NCBI RefSeq assembly: GCF_020969955.1
Contig: NZ_JAHDSX010000033.1
Location: 1 to 27,540, forward strand
Direction: 5' to 3'
Length of the DNA stretch: 27,540 nt
From: Allobaculum fili
GTDB lineage: Bacteria > Bacillota_I > Bacilli_A > Erysipelotrichales > Erysipelotrichaceae
This document shows positions 16,783 to 27,540 of the stretch, piece by piece. Every line of letters starts with the position of its first letter. Position 1 is the first letter of the stretch. A program made the translations under genes and the position numbers. The notes below the pieces were generated by a model. That model did no database searches. It worked only from the letters and a program-made list of their open reading frames with translations, and was not told where the DNA came from.

Positions 16783-18840
16783 CTAAGCCTGCAAAGGAAC
16801 TGCGGATTCCTGCGGTGCGCTCTGGATGGCATCGCTTGCCGGAGGCGCTGGCTGTTCCACAGGAGGCGTCACTGTCCCCTGATCGCCGCCGCCAGGAGGC
16901 GTGACGGTTCCGCCCTGGTCTCCTCCGCCAGGCGGGGTTGTTCCGCCTGTGTCTCCTCCGCCGGGAGGTGTGGTCGATCCGCCCGTATCGCCTCCGCCGG
17001 GAGGTGTGGTCGATCCGCCCTGCGAATCGTCGCCCGTATTGTCTCCGGGATTGACAGGCGGCTCAGCTGGAGGCAGATTTGGAGCTTGTCCTGAACTGTT
17101 GTTTCCGGGATCATTTCCGCCCGGGTCCGGGGCATATCCGGGATCGGATGGCGGGGTTACAACTGGAGGTACGTAAATGTTGTTGTTGACAGCAGGCGGA
17201 TAGTAGTAGTCCGGATCCTTGAACTGATCCGCATTTTCTTCATAGAAGTTGCCGTCCGGCTGTTCAACCATTTCGTTTTTCGGCATGTCGTCTTTCTGAT
17301 TGCCGCCGTTGGTCTGGTCGCCGCTCATGATGACGTTGTTGTAGTAATCCGACTTGGAAGCAAGTTCCGCATTGAACGCCAGCAGACCAAGGTTTTCGAT
17401 CAGCGTCTGTTCGTTTGCATACAGGCTTGTTCCCAGACCGAGACGATGGCCTTCGATATCGATGCCCATCGCTTCGATAATGGTCGGGAAAATATCGAGC
17501 GTGCAGTATTCACGCGTCTGATTCAGCGTATATTCCGGGCCGTTGAGCACGGTGAAGTACGCCTTGCGCGAATAGTCCGAAGGAATGTTCGGACCGACCG
17601 ATCCATCCATGCTCAGATGGTCGCCCGAGAGGATGATCGTGGTATTTTCGTAAAACGGCTGTTCCTTGAGCCAGTCGATGAAGGCGCCGACTTTGCGGTC
17701 CGAGCAGTGAATGACGTTTTTGTACTGCTCGTCAAATTCGTCCGTGCAGTCCTTGCACTTGTAGCCGTCTACGAAATGCGTGTCGGCCGTGAGCATGGTG
17801 AAGTTGAACGGTTCCTCGTTTTTCGAAATCGTATCCAGTTCTGCCTTGGCCCAGTCAAAGAGCTTCTCGTCTTCAAAGCCCCACCATACGCGGTAATCGG
17901 AAAGAATCTTCTTTTCGCGGATGGCTTCATCGTAGTCGAGCACTTCGTAATCGCCGTGCTGCTTATAGTAGTTGGTCCGTCCGGCATAGGCGCCTTCCGA
18001 ACCGCACATGAAGTAGTTTTTATAGCCGTTTTCTTTCAGAATGTCGCCCATCGCCGTCAGATTCGGCATGAACTGCACATCCGAGTCCAGATTGTGAACG
18101 AACGCCTGGTTGCCGACATTCAGTGGTACGCCCGCGCTCTGCGCAACGAGTCCGGCAATTGTCCAGCCGGAGTTGTTGGTCACATAGGCGCCCTGTACGT
18201 CCGGATTGTCCGCTGCAGCAAAGTTTTCGCCTTCCTGCTGGAGCGCTGTCAGGTTCGGAATGAGGTCTTCCTCATATCCCCCGCCGTTTTCGCGGCTGGC
18301 GTACGTGCTTTCCATGGATTCCATAACAATATGGATCACGTTGCGCTTCTTTTCGGGGAACGTCAGCTTGACGTCGTCTGGCTGTACGAAATGGTCTTCA
18401 TACAGTTCGCTGACGCGGTTGGCGTTCTTGACATATTCTTCGTAGCCGACCGCATCGAGTCCGGTAAAGACGCCGCTGATCGCCAGCGCGGCACAGATCA
18501 CAATCGCCGCAACCGAAGACAGGTTGAACGCCAGATTCCATTTTTTATCCGCAAACAGCCTGCGGCCTTTTTTCTTTAAGCGGATGCGCTTGATGCAGAA
18601 ATACATGTACACTCCAAAAACGAGCGTACCGATGATCAGCAGCAGCCAGTTCTGTTCAAAAAATCCCGCTACAGCCGCCCCGATTGTTCCCTGCGCTCCT
18701 TCTGCACCCGCGTTCAGCGTATACAGAACCTGGGAGAAGCTGGTCACCTGAATGACCTGCGTCAGGTAATAGATCGTATAGAAAACAATGCAGGCGAGCC
18801 AGAACAGGATATAAGCGAGAATTCCAGTAAAAATCCACAT
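16783..18840 (-). CDS. LTA synthase (LtaS)/phosphoglycerol-transferase-family membrane enzyme with long Pro/Gly/Thr-rich C-terminal tail (685 aa)
   Basis: Paralogue of 4710-6362 with the same motifs: HIVMESMESTY, GWTIAG, MLTADTHF, SGDHLSMD, YCTLDIFPT, GLGTSLYA. GGAAAGGAAAAAGGA SD region upstream of ATG 18840. The last roughly 185 aa are low complexity. Confidence 0.85.
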   Translation of the reverse strand: MWIFTGILAYILFWLACIVFYTIYYLTQVIQVTSFSQVLYTLNAGAEGAQGTIGAAVAGFFEQNWLLLIIGTLVFGVYMYFCIKRIRLKKKGRRLFADKKWNLAFNLSSVAAIVICAALAISGVFTGLDAVGYEEYVKNANRVSELYEDHFVQPDDVKLTFPEKKRNVIHIVMESMESTYASRENGGGYEEDLIPNLTALQQEGENFAAADNPDVQGAYVTNNSGWTIAGLVAQSAGVPLNVGNQAFVHNLDSDVQFMPNLTAMGDILKENGYKNYFMCGSEGAYAGRTNYYKQHGDYEVLDYDEAIREKKILSDYRVWWGFEDEKLFDWAKAELDTISKNEEPFNFTMLTADTHFVDGYKCKDCTDEFDEQYKNVIHCSDRKVGAFIDWLKEQPFYENTTIILSGDHLSMDGSVGPNIPSDYSRKAYFTVLNGPEYTLNQTREYCTLDIFPTIIEAMGIDIEGHRLGLGTSLYANEQTLIENLGLLAFNAELASKSDYYNNVIMSGDQTNGGNQKDDMPKNEMVEQPDGNFYEENADQFKDPDYYYPPAVNNNIYVPPVVTPPSDPGYAPDPGGNDPGNNSSGQAPNLPPAEPPVNPGDNTGDDSQGGSTTPPGGGDTGGSTTPPGGGDTGGTTPPGGGDQGGTVTPPGGGDQGTVTPPVEQPAPPASDAIQSAPQESAVPLQA
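16858..17032 (-). repeat. In-frame tandem repeat, 33-36 nt period, about 5 copies, within the LtaS-paralogue tail
   Basis: An exact 30-nt repeat, CCTCCGCCGGGAGGTGTGGTCGATCCGCCC, occurs at 16955-16984 and 16991-17020. Degenerate copies sit on either side. It encodes GGSTTPPGGGDT / GGSTTPPGGGDT / GGTTPPGGGDQ / GGTVTPPGGGDQ. Confidence 0.8.
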
Positions 18841-19171
18841 AATCCTTTTTCCTTTCCGATTCTGCTTCTTTCCTCATTAAATTTTTTACGGCCTGCTGCA
18901 TCCGCGTAAACCGTCTTTGGCAGCTTGCCCGTAAAAAGGTTTTTCGTTTTGTGTTTTCGGTTCCGTTTTCTCTTTCCAAAACCGTTTTAAAAGCGGATTC
19001 CGATTTTACCTTCGCGTAAAATCCGGTTTTCCGATTGAGAGAAACGGACACTAATTTCACATAATACGGGATTCGGCATGGATTACAAGCGATTGAGGAT
19101 TTTCCTGAAATCTTCGAAGAAAGGGCCAAATCCTTTTGAAACTATGTGAAATGTTTTTATTCTTTCAAATG

Positions 19172-19196
19172 AAAAAAGCACCCGAAGGTGCTTTTG
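19172..19196 (-). terminator. Bidirectional-looking intrinsic terminator ending the ilvE operon
   Basis: AGCACC (19177-19182), CGAA loop, GGTGCT (19187-19192). It is flanked by AAAAA (19172-19176) and TTT (19193-19195). It lies about 10 nt after the stop at 19207. Confidence 0.7.
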
Positions 19197-19206
19197 CATT
19201 TCCTGT

Positions 19207-19425
19207 TTATTTTCTGTTTTCCGTTACTTCGACGCGGACTTTCTCTCCGCCGTCTACCAGATCGAATGTGATCTTGGAGAAGGCGTCCAGGTTGTCAGCA
19301 AGAATTTCACGGACCGTCGAGAACACTTCATCCTGGCTGGCTTCACTTGGCGTGTCGTATTCAATCGACGTTACGATATGTTTTTTTCCCTGAATATCCG
19401 TCAGGTCTTTGACAATTGAACTCAT
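19207..19425 (-). CDS. Small acidic hypothetical protein (72 aa)
   Basis: Start placed at ATG 19425 (AGAGGA about 8 nt upstream); the ORF-track start is 19446. The frame is open, the gene follows the acetyltransferase on the same strand after an 80-nt gap, and a terminator follows directly. No family recognised. Confidence 0.5.
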   Translation of the reverse strand: MSSIVKDLTDIQGKKHIVTSIEYDTPSEASQDEVFSTVREILADNLDAFSKITFDLVDGGEKVRVEVTENRK

Positions 19426-19505
19426 AATATATGTCCTCTGGACCAAGTTTAAACCCCGCAGGCGCTGAAATCAAATCTCAGCTTTTGGCTTTTCCCACCG
19501 GTTTC

Positions 19506-20228
19506 TCAGCGGCCGATCGCTCTGCAGGCCTGTTTCCAGTCTTCGTATTCCTGTCTGGCAGCTTTTCGGTCGTTTTCATCAAGCACGCGAATGACGCGGC
19601 ACGGATTGCCAGCCGCAAATACACCACAGGGAATATCGTCAACCACAACCGAACCGCTGCCGATCACACTGCCTTCATGAATCGTGACGCCGCCGTTGAT
19701 CACACAGCTGCCGGCGATCCAGACATGATCTTCAATAACGATGGGCAGCGCTTTTTCCAGACCCGTTTTGCGAATGTCTCGATCCATGGGATGAACCGGG
19801 GTGTAAAACGAACAGCGCGGCCCGATCAGAACATGATTTCCAATTACGATCTTTCCTTCATCGAGCATCAGACCGTCCATATTGATCATGGAGTGTTCTC
19901 CAATATAAATCCGATGACCGAGATCGCAGTAAAACGGCAAGACGATATGCGCGTTGGCACTCATGTTGGGCACAAGCACGCGAAGCAGCGTCTGGGCTTC
20001 TTCTTCTGTCGGCGCCTGCGCGATCTGGCGCATCGTCTGGCGGGCAAAACTCCAGTGGCCGTCCTTTACTCCATACACATCGTACAGAAGACCGGCATCT
20101 CTGCGGCTGGACTGCAGAGAAATTTCCGGATGGCTCAGATCGGGATCGAGAGGCGAATCGAAAGAAGCGGACGCAACACTAGCCGCGTCCGTATTCTTTT
20201 TCGATTCCTGTTTTGAATCTGGATTCAT
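19506..20228 (-). CDS. Sugar O-acetyltransferase, maltose/galactoside acetyltransferase (left-handed beta-helix) family
   Basis: Hexapeptide-repeat core (IGEHSMINMDGLMLDEGKIVIGNHVLIGPRCSFYTPVHP...IEDHVWIAGSCVINGGVTIHEGSVIGSGSVVVDDIP...AAGNPCRVIR) preceded by a Mac-like segment. The start is uncertain. ATG 20228 lies 13 nt after the ilvE stop and has no clear SD. ATG 20282 would overlap ilvE by 41 nt. Confidence 0.8.
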   Translation of the reverse strand: MNPDSKQESKKNTDAASVASASFDSPLDPDLSHPEISLQSSRRDAGLLYDVYGVKDGHWSFARQTMRQIAQAPTEEEAQTLLRVLVPNMSANAHIVLPFYCDLGHRIYIGEHSMINMDGLMLDEGKIVIGNHVLIGPRCSFYTPVHPMDRDIRKTGLEKALPIVIEDHVWIAGSCVINGGVTIHEGSVIGSGSVVVDDIPCGVFAAGNPCRVIRVLDENDRKAARQEYEDWKQACRAIGR

Positions 20229-20241
20229 TGTTGAACCGGAC

Positions 20242-21306
20242 TTAGCACACTTTGCGCGTCCAGCCGAATTTGTCTTCGACATTGCCCCACTGAATGCCGG
20301 TCAGCGTATCGTACAGCTTCTGGGTGAGGTCACCTGTCTTGAAGTCATTGATAACGGCTTTTTCGCCTTTGTAGCAAAGTTCGCCGATTGGAGAAATAAC
20401 GGCTGCGGTACCGGTACCCCACGCTTCCTGCAGTCTTCCGTCGCGGGCAGCGGCCATCAGATCGTCAATGGACAGATGTTCTTCGTGAACGGGGTAGCCA
20501 AGATCGCGGACGATGTGCAGAATCGAGTCGCGGGTTACGCCCGGCAGTACAGTTCCGTCAACCGGAGCGGTCCAGATTTCGCCGTCGATCAGGAACATGA
20601 CGTTCATGCTTCCGACTTCTTCGACATATTTCTTGTGGACACCGTCCAGCCAGAGAACCTGGGTATAGCCCTGTTCTTCGGCTTTTTCCTGTGCTTTCAG
20701 TGAGCCGGCGTAGTTGCCGCCGCACTTGGTGAAGCCGGTTCCGCCTGGAGCGGCACGTACGTATTCATCTTCCACCCAGATTTTTACCGGAGCCATGCCT
20801 TCTGGATAGTAGGCGCCTACCGGGGAAAGGATGATCATGAATTTATAGGAAACCGCCGGATGTACGCCAACAGCGGCTTCGGAAGCGAACATGTAAGGAC
20901 GGATATACAGAGATTCGCCCTCGTTAGCGGGAACCCAGTCCTTTTCGACGCGGACGAGTTCTTCAATGGCCTGTACAAACAGATCTTCCGGAACGGCCGG
21001 CATCGACAGACGGCTATTGGAGTTGGCAAAACGCTGCGCGTTTTTTTCCGGACGGAAGAGCTGAATGCTGCCGTCTTTTGTGCGGTAGGCTTTCAGACCT
21101 TCAAAAGTTTCCTGCGCATAATGAAGAACCATGGAAGCCGGATCCATTTCGATCGGTCCAAACGGGACGATGCGGGCATCATGAAAGCCGCCCTGATCCT
21201 TATCGTAATCACAGATGAACATGTAGTCGGTGTAGTATTTGCCAAAGCCAAGCGGGCCCTGGGGTTTTTCTTTCAGTTCTTTGCGCGGTTCAAAACGAAT
21301 ATCCAT
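20242..21306 (-). CDS. ilvE: Branched-chain amino acid aminotransferase (fold type IV, long form)
   Basis: 354 aa from ATG 21306 (GAAGGAAGG SD 9 nt upstream); the ORF-track TTG at 21381 is rejected. Motifs [27 protein letters not shown] and [13 protein letters not shown] are typical of the family. Confidence 0.9.
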   Translation of the reverse strand: MDIRFEPRKELKEKPQGPLGFGKYYTDYMFICDYDKDQGGFHDARIVPFGPIEMDPASMVLHYAQETFEGLKAYRTKDGSIQLFRPEKNAQRFANSNSRLSMPAVPEDLFVQAIEELVRVEKDWVPANEGESLYIRPYMFASEAAVGVHPAVSYKFMIILSPVGAYYPEGMAPVKIWVEDEYVRAAPGGTGFTKCGGNYAGSLKAQEKAEEQGYTQVLWLDGVHKKYVEEVGSMNVMFLIDGEIWTAPVDGTVLPGVTRDSILHIVRDLGYPVHEEHLSIDDLMAAARDGRLQEAWGTGTAAVISPIGELCYKGEKAVINDFKTGDLTQKLYDTLTGIQWGNVEDKFGWTRKVC

Positions 21307-21736
21307 ACAAATAAACCTTCCTTCTTTGAATTTTCTTAACCTTACGCCCCGCATAATTCTTTGGCAATCGGTGCGGGGCAAACGCCGTGATCCCGACGAA
21401 AAAATGAATCAAAACCATGCCAAAACCGACAATCTTCTTTCAGGCCGCTTTCAAAATGTTTCTTTGTTTTCACTACTTGACGATTTTAAGAAAAAACACG
21501 GCTCCCGGATAGCTGTCCGGGCTGTTCCCGCCGTCACTGCCTTCGGATTTTCCGTCCGTTTCGGTTTGCCGCCGCCTTTTCTCAAGGACACCGCAAAAAA
21601 TGAAAAATGCTTTCCTTTCCCCACCTTTTTGAACCCTCTTTTCCCGAATTTTGCGGATTGGAATGACCAGAGGAATCAGCCAATGACGTGCGTGCTATAC
21701 TGTTTCAGATTTTCCAGAAAGAAAGAAGGAAACAAA

Positions 21737-22744
21737 ATGAATCTGATCATCCCAGAAAACTATGACCCGGTCCTCGATATTCGGCAGACCCAGGAAGCCA
21801 TCAAATACATTCGGGATACTTTTCAGCACGAATTTGGCAAGGAAATGAACCTCACCCGTATTTCGGCACCGCTTTTTGTACCGAAAAGTTCCGGACTGAA
21901 TGACAACCTGAACGGTGTGGAACAGCCGGTTCACTTTTCCATGAAAGTCCTTCCGGAAGAAGATATTGAAATTGTGCATTCCCTCGCGAAATGGAAACGC
22001 GCCGCTTTAGGCAAGTACGGCTTTGGCCTTCATGAAGGTCTCTATACCAACATGAACGCGATCCGTAAGGACGAAGACCTCGACAATCTCCACTCCGCCT
22101 ATGTGGATCAGTGGGACTGGGAAGAAGTCATCGCCAAAGACGAACGCACGGAGCAGACGCTGCGCGAACATGTACTTCGCATTTTTAAAATCATCAAGCA
22201 CATGGAACACGAAGTCTGGTACAAATACCCGCAGGCGGTAAACCGCCTTCCCGATTCCATTACCTTCATCACATCCCAGCAGCTTCTCGACCGCTATCCC
22301 GATCTTTCTCCGAAAGAACGTGAAGACGCGGCGACAAAAGAATACGGATGCATCTTCCTGATGAAAATCGGCGCTCCGCTGTCCAACGGTCAGAAGCACG
22401 ACGGCCGCGCGCCGGACTACGACGACTGGCAGCTTAACGGCGATATCCTGTTCTGGTACGAACCGCTCCAGACCACGCTGGAAATTTCCAGCATGGGTAT
22501 CCGCGTCGACGAAAACTCGCTGCACGACCAGCTGAAAGCGGAAAACGCGCTCGACCGGGAAAACCTGCCGTTCCATAAAGCCATTCTGGAACAGAAACTG
22601 CCATACACCATCGGCGGCGGTATCGGTCAGTCCAGACTGTGCATGCTTCTCCTTAAGAAAGCGCACATCGGCGAAGTTCAGGCGTCCATCTGGCCGCAGG
22701 ATATGCTCGATGCATGCGAAGAAGCCGGCATTCAGATTCTGTAA
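21737..22744 (+). CDS. asnA: Aspartate--ammonia ligase (asparagine synthetase A)
   Basis: 335 aa from ATG 21737 (GAAAGAAGGAAAC SD). Begins [29 protein letters not shown]; also ISAPLFV...SGLNDNLNG and [14 protein letters not shown] (class II aaRS-like fold). The ORF-track start at 21239 is an upstream read-open extension. Confidence 0.9.
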   Translation: MNLIIPENYDPVLDIRQTQEAIKYIRDTFQHEFGKEMNLTRISAPLFVPKSSGLNDNLNGVEQPVHFSMKVLPEEDIEIVHSLAKWKRAALGKYGFGLHEGLYTNMNAIRKDEDLDNLHSAYVDQWDWEEVIAKDERTEQTLREHVLRIFKIIKHMEHEVWYKYPQAVNRLPDSITFITSQQLLDRYPDLSPKEREDAATKEYGCIFLMKIGAPLSNGQKHDGRAPDYDDWQLNGDILFWYEPLQTTLEISSMGIRVDENSLHDQLKAENALDRENLPFHKAILEQKLPYTIGGGIGQSRLCMLLLKKAHIGEVQASIWPQDMLDACEEAGIQIL

Positions 22745-22819
22745 GAATAAGAATCCTGTATTTCCATTCGACACAGGCTAGACACTGGGCAGTTCTTTCC
22801 GTCCTGCTGATTCAAAAGA

Positions 22820-22847
22820 AAAGCAGCCGCTCACGCGGCTGTTTTTG
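22820..22847 (+). terminator. Intrinsic terminator shared by convergent asnA and the phosphohexomutase gene
   Basis: CAGCCGC (22824-22830), TCAC loop, GCGGCTG (22835-22841), then TTTTTG. It is preceded by an A-rich run, so it can act on both strands. Confidence 0.75.
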
Positions 22848-22915
22848 TATGCATTTTTAAAATTCCAGTTTCGATCTTTGCAGGTTACGAAGAACAAAAT
22901 CGTTTGAGAATCCCT

Positions 22916-24424
22916 TTATTCTTCGATGAATTCGCGAATCTGATGCAGATCGAGGGAAGGATACTGTTCGAGGAATTCAAGCAGTTCGCGCGCCATGATC
23001 TTGGCGCCTTCCGTCTGTTTGGATTCGATGTTGAGCGGAAGCAGATTTTCGTGCAGCGACATGCGCAGCAGAGCCCAGCCGTCGCCATGATCCGTACCAA
23101 ATTTCAGACGGACGCCTTCGTAGTTTGGCTGTACGAGCGTAATCGTGCTGCTTTCCTGCGCGGCGTACGCCTTGAGATCTTCAATGACCTGGCGGCCATA
23201 TTCCTTGAACGCCTTCTCGTTAATTTTGAGACGGAGTTCCTTTTCGGCTTTTGGATGGCCGAGCGAAGCGATCAGATCGCTGATGGAATGCGAAGCCGCT
23301 TCGACCACAATCCGGCTGGCGAGATAGGCGCCGTCATCCAGATAGTAGTTTTCACGGAACGCCGCATGACCGCTGGTTTCAATGGCCAGTTCGGCATCGA
23401 CGCCTTCGTCGTTCAGACGCTTGGCTTCGTTAATGACATTTTTGTAGCCGCGTTTGAAGCGGTGATGCTGGATATTATGCTTCTCCAGGAATTCGCCAAG
23501 CTCATCGGACGTAACCGAATCCGTTACTACGGTCATGCCCGGATGATGACGAGCCGCCAGAACGGATGCCAGAGCGACAATATCGTTACGTCCAATCGGG
23601 TTCCCATTGCCGTCTACAGCAGAAGAGCGGTCGACATCGGTATCGAAGATGATGCCCAGATCCGCATGATTGTCTTTTACCGCCTTTACGAGCGATGCCA
23701 TGGCTTCCGGATTTTCCGGGTTTGGAATGTGGTTAGGGAAATGTCCGTCCGGATCGAGGAACTGGCTGCCTTCGGTATTCGCGCCAAGCGGCTTCAGAAC
23801 CTGATCGACGAAGAAACCGCCGGCACCGTTTCCGGCATCTACAACCACGTGAAGTTCTTCAAGCGGAAGATCGGGGTTCACGGCTTCCTGATCGACTTTT
23901 TCCCGAATGATGTTGCGCAGATGCTCCGCGTAGACGCTCATCAGATCCGATTTGGTAATGGAACCGCCGGGTTTATGGTTGAACGCTTCCCGTTCGGCAA
24001 TATCGATGACCTGAGCAATTTCATTGGAATCCAGGCCGCCGCCTTTATAGAAAAACTTCATGCCGTTGCGGTTAGCCGGCATGTGACTGGCGGTAAGCAT
24101 AATGGCACCGTCCGCATCGAAATCATCAAAAATGGTCGACATGAACATCGCCGGCGTCGTGGAAAGACCAGTATCAAAAACGTCCACGCCATCATAAACG
24201 AGGCCGTCCATGACCGCATGCGCCAGAGCTGGACCCGAAAGACGGGAATCGCGGCCGACCGCGATCGTCATATCCGTTTTGCCGGTCCGTTTGCGCAGCC
24301 AGGCCGTAAACGCACGAGCCAGAGCGCGCACTTCCTTATCGGTCAGATTGACCGGCTCTTCCGGATTCAGATCCAGGGCAACTCCGCGAATATCGCTGCC
24401 GTTCTGGAGTTCTTTTAAATTCAT
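22916..24424 (-). CDS. Phosphomannomutase/phosphoglucomutase (alpha-D-phosphohexomutase superfamily)
   Basis: 502 aa. Active-site serine loop LTASHMPANRNGMKF and the Mg-binding loop GIIFDTDVDRSS. Four-domain length. AAAGGAGAG SD 7 nt upstream. Confidence 0.9.
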   Translation of the reverse strand: MNLKELQNGSDIRGVALDLNPEEPVNLTDKEVRALARAFTAWLRKRTGKTDMTIAVGRDSRLSGPALAHAVMDGLVYDGVDVFDTGLSTTPAMFMSTIFDDFDADGAIMLTASHMPANRNGMKFFYKGGGLDSNEIAQVIDIAEREAFNHKPGGSITKSDLMSVYAEHLRNIIREKVDQEAVNPDLPLEELHVVVDAGNGAGGFFVDQVLKPLGANTEGSQFLDPDGHFPNHIPNPENPEAMASLVKAVKDNHADLGIIFDTDVDRSSAVDGNGNPIGRNDIVALASVLAARHHPGMTVVTDSVTSDELGEFLEKHNIQHHRFKRGYKNVINEAKRLNDEGVDAELAIETSGHAAFRENYYLDDGAYLASRIVVEAASHSISDLIASLGHPKAEKELRLKINEKAFKEYGRQVIEDLKAYAAQESSTITLVQPNYEGVRLKFGTDHGDGWALLRMSLHENLLPLNIESKQTEGAKIMARELLEFLEQYPSLDLHQIREFIEE

Positions 24425-24610
24425 CGTATTCTCTCCTTTGCGTATGTTTTCTCATCCAGATCCGCAAGCGTGATTTGCCCTTGCGCTCTGGCTTGGTATT
24501 CGTATTTCGTCTGAAAACAGATTCTTTCTGGCTTTACCAACCCGATCGAGAATCGTTTTCCATCGTTTTCATTATAGCCGTACCGACATCCTCTCTGCCG
24601 GACAGCGCAT

Positions 24611-24654
24611 AAAGAAAACGGCTGTCTAAACCGTGCAGGTTTTCGACAGCCGTT
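24611..24654 (-). terminator. Intrinsic terminator of the P-type ATPase gene
   Basis: 10-bp stem AACGGCTGTC (24617-24626) / GACAGCCGTT (24645-24654) with an 18-nt loop. On the minus strand it is followed by TTCTTTAT. It lies about 60 nt after the stop at 24716. Confidence 0.55.
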
Positions 24655-24715
24655 CTGTTCCATCCGCAACGCAGGGTGAAAATGGAATTCAGTTTTTCAT
24701 AAATTGGAAGAATGT

Positions 24716-27337
<2,622 letters not shown>

Positions 27338-27366
27338 AAAGTCTCCTTCTGTCTTTAGACAAATCG

Positions 27367-27375
27367 AGTATAACA
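27367..27375 (-). promoter_or_regulatory. Candidate extended -10 promoter of the ATPase gene
   Basis: The minus strand reads TGTTATACT (TGn + TATACT) about 30 nt upstream of the ATG. No good -35 element. Confidence 0.35.
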
Positions 27376-27450
27376 AGAGCATTTTTTGAAAACGCCCGCA
27401 GTGCCTGAGGCATTGTAAGCGTCAAATAAAAGACGGGTATTTTCTCGACC

Positions 27451-27490
27451 GCCTCCTTGGGATAATTCCTTTATTCAAGGAGGCTTTTTC
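27451..27490 (+). promoter_or_regulatory. SD-sequestering, terminator-like hairpin immediately upstream of the last gene
   Basis: GCCTCCTTG (27451-27459) pairs perfectly with CAAGGAGGC (27476-27484) around a 16-nt loop. It is followed by TTTTTC and then ATG 27491. The 3' arm is the gene's SD (AAGGAGG). Confidence 0.5.
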
Positions 27491-27540
27491 ATGGAATCAA
27501 TCATCCCTGCAATCGATCTCGGTATCGATTTCTCCAAAGT
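27491..27540 (+). CDS. 5' end of an unidentified gene (partial; runs off the window)
   Basis: ATG 27491 lies 6-7 nt after AAGGAGG. The open frame reads MESIIPAIDLGIDFSK to the window end. Too short to classify. Confidence 0.4.
   Translation, partial: MESIIPAIDLGIDFSK

Noticed and set aside
16858-17032. The regular 36-nt repeats as a possible CRISPR array.
   Set aside because: The repeats are contiguous with no spacers, lie in frame within a long ORF, and encode a GGSTTPPGGGDT peptide repeat. This is a coding tandem repeat.
18656-19129. A 157-aa minus-strand ORF overlapping the start of the LtaS paralogue, and an 82-aa ORF at 24421-24669.
   Set aside because: The first runs out of frame into the well-supported LtaS-family gene and covers its leader. 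The second lies in the mutase leader and spans the ATPase terminator. Neither has an SD or recognisable motifs.
21239-21736. 166 codons open in frame upstream of asnA, giving a 501-aa ORF.
   Set aside because: AsnA homologues are about 330 aa and begin at the MNLIIPENY-type N terminus. ATG 21737 has a strong SD. The upstream part has low-complexity composition, covers the divergent ilvE/asnA promoter region, and contains a plausible TGcTATACT extended -10 at about 21693-21701.

Overview
This window reads as a core-metabolism region of a Firmicutes/Clostridia-type genome: strong GGAGG-type SDs, CCA-encoded tRNAs and LtaS-family enzymes. Almost everything is on the minus strand. From left to right it holds: a partial gene; a small membrane protein; an OmpR-type two-component system; and a duplicated plus-strand tRNA operon (Val-Thr-Lys-Gly, then Val-Thr-Lys, each with its own promoter). 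Next come an LtaS-family transferase; an operon ilvD / DUF815-like AAA+ ATPase / ilvA / ridA; a secreted CAP-domain protein with three C-terminal repeats; ilvB-ilvN-ilvC; and a second LtaS-family paralogue with a Pro/Gly/Thr-rich repetitive tail. The right end holds ilvE / sugar O-acetyltransferase / a 72-aa protein; asnA (plus strand); a phosphohexomutase; a Ca-type P-type ATPase; and the first 16 codons of another gene. I found no CRISPR array, mobile element, toxin-antitoxin pair or recognisable defence gene, and I cannot honestly claim a novel multi-gene system. The best leads are the uncharacterised ATPase translationally coupled between ilvD and ilvA, the two LtaS paralogues bracketing the ilv block, a structured non-T-box leader with a uORF ahead of ilvB, and an SD-sequestering terminator-like hairpin at the right edge. 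The many long ORFs opposite known genes are codon-aligned antisense artefacts. All family calls rest on motifs read by eye and on memory of the families; no searches were run.
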